In this document: positions 44,846 to 52,465 of the stretch, piece after piece
Layout of the letters: each line of letters opens with the position of its first letter
Position numbering within the stretch: the stretch's first letter is position 1
Assembly (NCBI GenBank): GCA_041611735.1
Contig: JBFIML010000007.1
Location: 55,997 to 119,996, forward strand
Length of the DNA stretch: 64,000 nt
Direction: 5' to 3'
Source of the DNA: Myxococcota bacterium
GTDB lineage: Bacteria > Myxococcota_A > UBA9160 > PR03
Program-made: the position numbers and the translations under genes
The notes under the pieces: generated by a model
The model's input: the letters and a program-made list of their open reading frames with translations, nothing else
What the model was told of the DNA's origin: nothing
Databases searched by the model: none

Positions 44846-45955
44846 CTATCTGCCGCCGGAGGCCAATACGGATCGAATCGTTGCAAGCAGGAGCTTCAGG
44901 TCGTTCCAGATCGAGAAGCCCCGGTCGACGTACTCCAGATCGCTCCGCATCCACTCGACGAAGTCGGTCTCGCTCCTCCGGTGCGCCTGCCAGGTGCACG
45001 CGATGCCCGGAGTCACCGCAAACCTTCTGAGCTGCCAGGCCTCGTACTCGGACGGCAGCGGGGAGAGCGCACGAGGCCCGATCAGGGTCATTTCGCCCCG
45101 GATGACGTTGACCAGCTGGGGCAGTTCGTCGAGGCTGGCTTTGCGTAGTAAGCCGCCGATCGGGGTGAGCCGCGGATCGCCTTCGACCTTGAAGAGCGGT
45201 CCGGTCATCTCGTTGATTCCCTGGAGCTGGCCCTGCTTCTTGTGGGCGCCTCGACGCATGGTCCGGAACTTGTAGATCCGGAAGCGCCGGAGCCCTCGTC
45301 CGGTCCGTTCCTGCCTGTAGAGGACGGGGCCCGGCGAGGTCGCCTTCACAGCCGCGGCAATCCCCACCATCAGCGGGGAGAGCAGAGCGAGGCCGATCAG
45401 GGCCAGACAGATGTCCATGGCGCGCTTCCAAGCCGGCAGGGGTCGCTCGATCAGGGCGAGGGCTCCCCGGGAACTGCACGAGACCTCCGCGCGGCGCAGC
45501 GCGGGCGCCCGGCGAGCTGCGCGGGCCGACTCGCCGCGCCCGGCGGCGAAGCGGCGACCCTGCGTCGGGGTGTAGACACGCAGGGCCTCTTCGAGCCTTG
45601 CATTCGGAATCCTGGCTGCAACCCTACTGCGGATTCTGAACGAGAGTCGTCGAGCGCCGGCACCCGGGGTATTGGGCAGGAGGATTCCGAGCTGGTCGGC
45701 GCCGATTCGCCCAACCCGGTCCGTGGAGCGAACCAGCTTCGGCGCCTGCTGGGCCACGAACCGCTGCCAACCCGGCTTCGCGGGGCCCTGCGCGTTGCGC
45801 AGGATGAGCAGGGAGAGCTCGTAGCGACCGCGCTCCGCGCGAGCTCGCTCCGCTTCGAGCACCCCGCGAAAGGAGGCTTCGGAATGCGTTTCTTCCACGC
45901 TCTCGACGGCGGGACCCGGAGGGACCCGCAAGGTTTCTTCCCCTTGGGGCGCCAT
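44846..45955 (-). CDS. Priming sugar-1-phosphate transferase (Bac_transf) with an N-terminal degenerate GGDEF-like domain
   Basis: C-terminal KRAMDI, SPGPVLYRQER.G, KFRTM, DPRLT, SLDELPQL.NV..G.M.LIGPR, PGI and DL.Y; N-terminal F...LE.E.ARA.R...LSL...VRSTDRVGRIGADQLGILLP.T. Confidence 0.88.
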   Translation of the reverse strand: MAPQGEETLRVPPGPAVESVEETHSEASFRGVLEAERARAERGRYELSLLILRNAQGPAKPGWQRFVAQQAPKLVRSTDRVGRIGADQLGILLPNTPGAGARRLSFRIRSRVAARIPNARLEEALRVYTPTQGRRFAAGRGESARAARRAPALRRAEVSCSSRGALALIERPLPAWKRAMDICLALIGLALLSPLMVGIAAAVKATSPGPVLYRQERTGRGLRRFRIYKFRTMRRGAHKKQGQLQGINEMTGPLFKVEGDPRLTPIGGLLRKASLDELPQLVNVIRGEMTLIGPRALSPLPSEYEAWQLRRFAVTPGIACTWQAHRRSETDFVEWMRSDLEYVDRGFSIWNDLKLLLATIRSVLASGGR

Positions 45956-46245
45956 TGCGAGGAGCTCCTGGAAAATGAAACGCGTTGGAGGGAAATCACT
46001 ATACAATACGTTTTCGAAAAGCCGAGTCTGGTAGTTCCGGCGGACCATCGCCCGATCGTGCAATTCCAGAGATCCGGCGAGGGAGTACGCAGAGAGCTGC
46101 ACACCAGCGATGATCGCGGTGGGCCTCCGGAAGACCCGGAGTGAAGGCTCAATCCCGGTTCTCGCCCTGCCGTCCGAGCGGCCGGGACGTGCCGTGGTCG
46201 ACGTGGAACCGGAGCCGACGCGGAGCGAGAGCGTTCGAGATCCCC

Positions 46246-46731
46246 ATGCCCCGGTCCTGGCTGTCTGGATTGCGCTTGCGACGCGCCCGTGCTCCTGCCC
46301 TTCCGGGCGTCACCGGCCCGCAGCAGTTCCGGCGCGTGCTCGACCGCGAGGTCGCGCAGGCGGCCCGCACCCGCCACGCCATCGCCATCCTGGCCTTCGC
46401 GGTCCCCTCGTTCGGCCCTGCACTGCCCGAAGTCGTGAAGCTCATCACGACCCGCGTCCGCAGCACCGACGCCATCGGCTGGCTTGGGCCGAAGCAGCTC
46501 GGCGTCCTGCTTCGTTACGTCGAGGCAGAAGATGCCCTCCAGGTTGCCGCAGAACTCTGCAGCCAACTCGAGCGAGACACCCACCCGACACGCTGCACGG
46601 TCTATCCCTATCCGCCCGTCAGCCCCGCGGCCTCCCCGGAGCGCCAGCCCGAGCAGCTGGAGGGCCGGCGCGCGTATGCCTTCTCGCCCGCCACCTTGCA
46701 CCCCTCCCCCTCCGAGCCGGCGCTCGAATAG
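46246..46731 (+). CDS. Stand-alone degenerate GGDEF-like protein with an RxxD I-site
   Basis: F...LDREVAQA.R..H.IAIL...VRSTDAIGWLGPKQLGVLL, paralogous to the N-terminus of the divergent transferase. Confidence 0.7.
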   Translation: MPRSWLSGLRLRRARAPALPGVTGPQQFRRVLDREVAQAARTRHAIAILAFAVPSFGPALPEVVKLITTRVRSTDAIGWLGPKQLGVLLRYVEAEDALQVAAELCSQLERDTHPTRCTVYPYPPVSPAASPERQPEQLEGRRAYAFSPATLHPSPSEPALE

Positions 46732-46748
46732 CCGCCGCCCTCCAGCCC

Positions 46749-48221
46749 ATGAAGAAGTTCGTCACGGACACCCTGTTCGTCACCGGCGCCGGGCTGCTCA
46801 ACCGGTCCAAGGGCATCCTCTTCATCCCCCTGATCATCGCGGCCGTGGGCTTCGATGGCTACGGCGCCTTCGTCCAAATCCTTCTCACCCTTCGCATCGT
46901 CAGCAGCCTCTCCACCCTCGAACTGGGGATGGGCTTTCCGCGCTTTGTCGCGCAGGTTCCGGCTCAGAATACTCGGGAGCTGGGCCGGCACTTCCACTCC
47001 GTCCTGCTCCCGACCCTCGTCTCCTCCGCCCTGGGCGGGTTGCTCTTCTATGCCGCTGCCGACGTCCTCAGCGCCCTCTTCTTCGACCATGGCTACCAGC
47101 AAAGCCTTCGTATCGCGGCTGTCGTGGTCTTCTCGAACAGCTGCTTCGCGACGGCTCGCAACTACCTTCGCGCCCGTGCCGAGTTCAAGCAGGAGTCCCT
47201 CCTCACGCTCTGCTACGAGATTCTGCCCTACCTCGGCTTCGTCCTGCTGGCGACGTCACGCGGGAATCTCCATTCCGGCATGCTTGCCTACGTCGCCATC
47301 GACGTAGCCGTCGCCCTCGGGATTCTCCTGTCCGTGCTTCGCAGTCTCTCCTGGGCCGCCCCGTCCTTCGCGCTTTCGAAACAGTACCTGCGCTACTCCT
47401 TCCCTCTCGCCCTCAGCCTGGTCGAAGGGGGCCTGCTGGCCCGGGCCGACCTCTATTTCATCAGCTACTTCCTCGGCCTCTCGGCGGTCGCCACCTACAA
47501 CGTGATCTATCGGGTCACCGAGCTGATCAGCTTCGTCAGCATCCCCATCCACGTGCAGCTCCTGACCTACCTGTCCCGGACCTGGGACCGTGGGCACCTC
47601 GAAGCCTCCCGCGAGATCATCCGAAAGACGCTGCTCTTCTTCCTCCTGCTGACCATGGGCATGCTCGCCTGCCTGGCGCTCTACTTCGAGCCCCTCTTCG
47701 TGCTCTTCCTGGGCAAGCCGCCGTCCGAAGCGCACCTCTGGCTCATCGTGATGCTGATCGGAGTCGGCATGATGGCCAATACCGCACGGCGCTTCCTGTA
47801 CGTGCTGATCCGCCTCCATCGCACGACCCAGCACGAACTCTTCTACCAGTTGGCGGGCCTGACCCTGAACGCCACCTGCAACTACTTCCTCATTCCGATC
47901 TATGGCCTGGCGGGAGCCGCATTCTCTACGCTGGTCAGCTATGCTCTCATGTTGCCGCTCATCAGTCTGCACTATCCGCTCGGTTTGAAGCGGGCGTTCG
48001 TGGGCCATGCCCTCTCGTTCGCGGTTCTGGCCCTGGTGATCGTGCCGCTGCGCTACGCAATCCCCCCGGACAGCCTGCCGCTGTTGTGCTTGAGCGCTGG
48101 GGTGGCCTACGCCGCTTATCTGGCGCTGGTCGGTTTCTTCAAGAGGAAGCTTCTGATTTCGCTGAAGGACGAGCTGCTCGAATGGAGAAGGCTGACCTAC
48201 TCGGCACCGGTGTCCACCTGA
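46749..48221 (+). CDS. Wzx-type oligosaccharide flippase
   Basis: About 14 TM helices; G...YG, ELG.G..RF, YLRYSFPL, D..FI..FLG...V..Y and LIPIYGLAGAA.ST. Confidence 0.85.
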   Translation: MKKFVTDTLFVTGAGLLNRSKGILFIPLIIAAVGFDGYGAFVQILLTLRIVSSLSTLELGMGFPRFVAQVPAQNTRELGRHFHSVLLPTLVSSALGGLLFYAAADVLSALFFDHGYQQSLRIAAVVVFSNSCFATARNYLRARAEFKQESLLTLCYEILPYLGFVLLATSRGNLHSGMLAYVAIDVAVALGILLSVLRSLSWAAPSFALSKQYLRYSFPLALSLVEGGLLARADLYFISYFLGLSAVATYNVIYRVTELISFVSIPIHVQLLTYLSRTWDRGHLEASREIIRKTLLFFLLLTMGMLACLALYFEPLFVLFLGKPPSEAHLWLIVMLIGVGMMANTARRFLYVLIRLHRTTQHELFYQLAGLTLNATCNYFLIPIYGLAGAAFSTLVSYALMLPLISLHYPLGLKRAFVGHALSFAVLALVIVPLRYAIPPDSLPLLCLSAGVAYAAYLALVGFFKRKLLISLKDELLEWRRLTYSAPVST

Positions 48222-49417
48222 ACTCGTTCCTCCGTCTCGGGTTCTTCCTGGACTATCGGCCGAAGCTCACGCTCGACCTCTCTTCGGTGGATCCGGAGCG
48301 GTATGCCGGGACCCACGTCGAGGATCTCCTGCGCCGCCAGGCCGAACTCTTCCGTGCGGCGGTGGTCAGCCGCTTCGAGAGCCATCGCCGACACCTGATC
48401 CCGTTGAGCGGAGGCCTGGACAGCCGGGCCATTCTGGCCGTCCTGGTCGAGTGCACCGAGGCGCGGAACCTCCACACCTGCACGTTCGGCACGCCGGGGA
48501 CCTACGACTACGATCTGGGCTGTCAGGTCGCCCAGCGGCTCGGCACCCTGCACGCCTGCTACCCGCTCACCGAACACGTCTACACGCTCGCCGAGCTGCT
48601 GGACGTGTCCTCTCGAATCGAGCACCAGACCATCCTGTTCCACCACCCACCGCTGGCCGACATGGAGCGCCGCTTCGGCGGCCACGTGGTGTGGTCGGGC
48701 TTCCTGGGCGACAAGCTCGCCCTGCCGCCGGAGACGACCGTGGGCGACGAGCAGGCCAAGCTGAACTTCCTGGGCAAGAACACCTACGTGCGCTCCACGG
48801 ATCTGACCCGCCCGGGCGGAGCCGAGCTCTCGGCGGCACTCGCGATCCAGCCGGCGGTCCGGTCGCGACTGCTGCTCGAAGAGGAGCTCAACCTCCGCTA
48901 TCGCCAGCTCAAGTTCATCGCGCCGCACGTGCTGGCGGCGGGATTCGACTACCGGACCCCGTTCCTGGATCGAGAGCTGGTCGACTTCATGCTGAGCGTC
49001 CCGCTCTCCATGCGACGCGGCGCCCGCTTCTATCGCCAGTTCCTGTCGAGGACCTTTCCGGGGCTCTTCGACCTCGGGACCAAGGCCAACGAGGGCCTCC
49101 CGCTGGGCGCCCGCAAGCCGCGGGTCCTGTACCGGAAGGTCCGACGCAAGCTCCAGGGCGCCATGGGGACGCACTGGACCCGAGGCCTGGATCCCATGCT
49201 CAACTACCTGGATTTCGGCCCGGCGCTCCGGAGCCGCCCGGATCTCCGGAACCTCGTCTCATCGAGCCTCGCCGATCTCGAGAAACGCCGGGTGGTGGAT
49301 TGGATCGATCTGGGTTCGCTCTGGAAGCGTCACCTGACTGGCGCCGTCGATCACAGCGACGCCCTCATCGTCCTGACCTCGCTCGAAATCCACCTGAAGG
49401 CAGGCATGAAGCTCTAG
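48182..49417 (+). CDS. Asparagine-synthetase-like ATP pyrophosphatase/amidoligase, synthetase domain only
   Basis: PLSGGLDSR PP-loop, TFG, GFLGD and RTPFLD; no Cys1 glutaminase domain; start 48182 or 48210. Confidence 0.75.
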   Translation: MEKADLLGTGVHLNSFLRLGFFLDYRPKLTLDLSSVDPERYAGTHVEDLLRRQAELFRAAVVSRFESHRRHLIPLSGGLDSRAILAVLVECTEARNLHTCTFGTPGTYDYDLGCQVAQRLGTLHACYPLTEHVYTLAELLDVSSRIEHQTILFHHPPLADMERRFGGHVVWSGFLGDKLALPPETTVGDEQAKLNFLGKNTYVRSTDLTRPGGAELSAALAIQPAVRSRLLLEEELNLRYRQLKFIAPHVLAAGFDYRTPFLDRELVDFMLSVPLSMRRGARFYRQFLSRTFPGLFDLGTKANEGLPLGARKPRVLYRKVRRKLQGAMGTHWTRGLDPMLNYLDFGPALRSRPDLRNLVSSSLADLEKRRVVDWIDLGSLWKRHLTGAVDHSDALIVLTSLEIHLKAGMKL

Positions 49418-49444
49418 CGCCTGCCCTCCACGGGAACCCGAACG

Positions 49445-51175
49445 ATGTTCGTCCTCGCTTGCCGCAAGACAGAACAGCAGCTGGGCTGGCCGGCCTTCGC
49501 GGAACGCCGCTGGACCGCGGGCGGCTTGCACCTTCTGTTTGCCAGCGACTCGGGGTCCGGTCGGTACCAGGACGCTCCCGGCGGCTTCTCGTACGTCGAG
49601 TCACCGGCCGCGCTGGATCCCTCGGATGGGACGCCCCCGTATACCACCATCCGGTACGACGGCCGGGGCAGCGGCGTCCTCGAGGTCTCGGCCGGGCCCA
49701 GCTCCGGCTCGACCGTCTACTACCACCTGGACGGGGCGGGAGGCTTCCATTGCGCTTCCCACGTGCGCCTGCTCGGCGCCCTGGGCATTGCGCTGGAAGA
49801 GAACACGGAGCTCCTGCCGGACTACTTCCTGTACCGCTACGTGACGCCCCCTCACACGCTCTACCGGGGCATCCAGCAGCTCGCCAAGGCGGATCTGGAA
49901 GTGAGCTTCTCCGGGGACCGTTGCGTGATCCGGAGCGTGCGGCCCTACCCGGTCTTCCCTGCCGGGGAAAGTGCGGCGACGGACGAGGCCGGAATCGTCG
50001 AGGGTGCGCTGCGGATCCTGGACGCCTCGTTGGAGCGCTTGCGGAAGAGCCGGGAACGCTTGTGTGTGCCCTTGAGCGGGGGAATGGATTCTTCCGTGCT
50101 GTTCCGGTTGGCGCAGAAGAAATTCGGTCTGAACGAGTGCTACTCGGCCGGCTATCCCTTCGAGGCCGATTCCGACAACGTGGAGAAGCAATACGCCGTG
50201 TCGGCGGCCGCTGCCCTGGGGGCACGGCATCGCTACTACGCGGCGACCCACAACGAGTATCTCGAAGCCGTCGTGCGTTCCATCGCGGCGGCGGAGGAAC
50301 CGATCCATCATCTCCAGTCCGCGATGTTCTATCTGCTGTTCCGGGACGCGGTGCCGCAAGAGAGGGATCGGGTGATTCTGGGTGTCGGCGCCGGAGGGGT
50401 GTTCGGAACGCCCCTCCAGCAGCTGGTGCATGCATACCGCACGCGCCAGGCCGCGTACGATGCATTGGCCAGGAGGCCCGTGAAGCAGGCCGTGGAGATC
50501 GCTTCCCGGCTCACCGGAAGAGGACGCAGGCTCGTCAAGGCAATCGATCTGAGCGGACGGCTCGAGCTGCCCATGGAAGACGAACGAAACGTCGTCTGGT
50601 CCGTCGATGCCTACGGCTCTCCCGAATGGATCCGCGAGCGTTTCCGGTGCTCTGCCGCCTCGCTGGTGAGGAGCCGGACCGACTTGTTGCGGCCCCATGA
50701 AGAGCGGGGACTGCTGGCGCAGATCGCGGTCATCGACCTCTTCGACAAGACGCAGTTCATCTGGGCGAAGCTGCTCCAGAGCCAGGGACGGGTGGCCTAC
50801 TACCCCTTCATGCAGCAGGACCTGCACCACCACCTGCTGGCGAGCCCCTGGCCGCTCCGGCTCCAGTCGAACAAGCACATCCTGGCGGAGGTGGCGCGAC
50901 GACTCGAGGTTCCGGAGTTCATCCTGCGACGGGCGAAGTCCGGCTTCGGCGTGCGTCGCAAGGATTGGGCCTTGCGAAACGGCCCACTCGAACCGCTGGT
51001 TCCCCTGGCAACGAAGGTGGTGGGCGAAGAGGCGCTCCGATCGATGCAGTCCGCCCAACCGCAACGGGCCATGACGTTCTGGTGTCTGCTCAACTATGGG
51101 CTCTGGAAGCGGCTGTGCATCGACCGGGAGCCGGCCGACGCGCTGGTGGCGGAGCTCCGGGAGCGGCTGGATTGA
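49445..51175 (+). CDS. Asparagine-synthetase-like protein with a degenerate Ntn domain
   Basis: PLSGGMDSS, EEPI, G.GA, YPF, KHIL and R.KSGF; the N-terminus lacks the catalytic Cys1 (MFVLAC). Confidence 0.78.
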   Translation: MFVLACRKTEQQLGWPAFAERRWTAGGLHLLFASDSGSGRYQDAPGGFSYVESPAALDPSDGTPPYTTIRYDGRGSGVLEVSAGPSSGSTVYYHLDGAGGFHCASHVRLLGALGIALEENTELLPDYFLYRYVTPPHTLYRGIQQLAKADLEVSFSGDRCVIRSVRPYPVFPAGESAATDEAGIVEGALRILDASLERLRKSRERLCVPLSGGMDSSVLFRLAQKKFGLNECYSAGYPFEADSDNVEKQYAVSAAAALGARHRYYAATHNEYLEAVVRSIAAAEEPIHHLQSAMFYLLFRDAVPQERDRVILGVGAGGVFGTPLQQLVHAYRTRQAAYDALARRPVKQAVEIASRLTGRGRRLVKAIDLSGRLELPMEDERNVVWSVDAYGSPEWIRERFRCSAASLVRSRTDLLRPHEERGLLAQIAVIDLFDKTQFIWAKLLQSQGRVAYYPFMQQDLHHHLLASPWPLRLQSNKHILAEVARRLEVPEFILRRAKSGFGVRRKDWALRNGPLEPLVPLATKVVGEEALRSMQSAQPQRAMTFWCLLNYGLWKRLCIDREPADALVAELRERLD

Positions 51176-51402
51176 TGCGAGGTCCCCGGGGGTGGCGCGA
51201 TGCCCCGGAAACGGGCGATCCCTGGGGGGCGCAGCCCCTCACCGGAGCGACCTGCAGGGGTCCGAGACCCGGCCTCACCGAGGCTCCTTCGGGCCTCTCC
51301 CTGCCCCCCTGCTGCGGCTTCCTGGATCGTCCAGGCGCCGGGATTCCCTTTACAGGACATGCCTTTTCCACCAGACTCCACGGTTCGGGCATCAATCTCC
51401 GT

Positions 51403-52455
51403 TTGAGGATCCCCCACCCCGTGTCCCTGCTCCTCCTCCTGCTCTTCGGACTGGGCGGCTGCGCCTCGGCGCCGGCGCCGGCTCCGGCGGTCGCCCCGGG
51501 CCCCGAAGCCCACAGTCCGGCCAACGACCTGCGCCTCGCCCGGCTCTGGCAGGAGCGCACCGATCCGGCCAGCGCGTCCGACTTCTCGATCGGTCCCGGC
51601 GACCTTCTGGAGATCTCGGTTCCGGGGCTGGTGGAGCTCGAGAAGCACACTTCGCGGGTCTCCAGCGAGGGGACCATCTCGCTGCCCCTGCTCGGCACGA
51701 TCCCCGCCGGGGGACGCACCGAGGACGAGCTGGCCGAGGACATCCGGCTTCGACTCCAGGCCTCGGTGATGTACGACCCCTCCGTCGTCGTGTTCCTGGC
51801 CGAGTCCCGCCACCGCTCGATCGGGGTGACGGGTGCCGTCTACAAGCCCGGCTTCTACGACGCCGCGAGCCAGCGCGACACGATCCTCGACCTGATCTCC
51901 CTGGCGGGCGGCACCACGGAGACCGCGGCGTCGCGCGCCCTCCTGATTCCGGCTGCCCGCACGTCGGGAAGCCCGGGCATCGCTCCAGCCGCCCTGGAAA
52001 CAACGTCCCCGGAACCGCTTCGGCGCAGTGACGCCATCGCCATCGAGTTCGATAACGCGACCCACGCGGGCCACCCCTCCTACCTCAATCTCCCGGTCCG
52101 CCCGGGTGACGTGATCGTGATTCCGGAGCGCGGCCATGTCCTCGTCAAGGGCTGGGTGCACCAACCGGGCTCCTACGAGATCTCGGCCGGCCTCACCGTG
52201 CTGGGCGCCGTGACGGCCGCGGGAGGGATGCGCTATGCGGCGGACAAGAGCGCCGTCGAGCTGATCCGCAAGCAGGACGACGGCCAGCTCATTTCTCACC
52301 GCTTCGACCTCCGGAGGCTGCAGAGCGGCGCGGAGGCAGATGTCCCGGTGCAGTCGGGAGACGTCATCGACATCTCCCATTCGACGCCGAAGCTGATCGC
52401 CTTCAGCTTTGTGGACTTCCTGACGCGCGTCTTCAGTCTCGGCGCGCGTCTCTGA
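51403..52455 (+). CDS. wza: Polysaccharide export lipoprotein (Wza/OPX) with SLBB domains
   Basis: LGGC lipobox; IGPGDLLEISV, GTISLPLLG, VTGAVYKPG.Y and V.GWV..PG.Y; TTG start estimated. Confidence 0.85.
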   Translation: MRIPHPVSLLLLLLFGLGGCASAPAPAPAVAPGPEAHSPANDLRLARLWQERTDPASASDFSIGPGDLLEISVPGLVELEKHTSRVSSEGTISLPLLGTIPAGGRTEDELAEDIRLRLQASVMYDPSVVVFLAESRHRSIGVTGAVYKPGFYDAASQRDTILDLISLAGGTTETAASRALLIPAARTSGSPGIAPAALETTSPEPLRRSDAIAIEFDNATHAGHPSYLNLPVRPGDVIVIPERGHVLVKGWVHQPGSYEISAGLTVLGAVTAAGGMRYAADKSAVELIRKQDDGQLISHRFDLRRLQSGAEADVPVQSGDVIDISHSTPKLIAFSFVDFLTRVFSLGARL

Positions 52456-52465
52456 TCGAGATCCC

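Noticed and set aside
45600-46731. Active diguanylate cyclases
   Set aside because: The active-site motifs are GADQL and GPKQL and the metal-binding DxD segment is absent.
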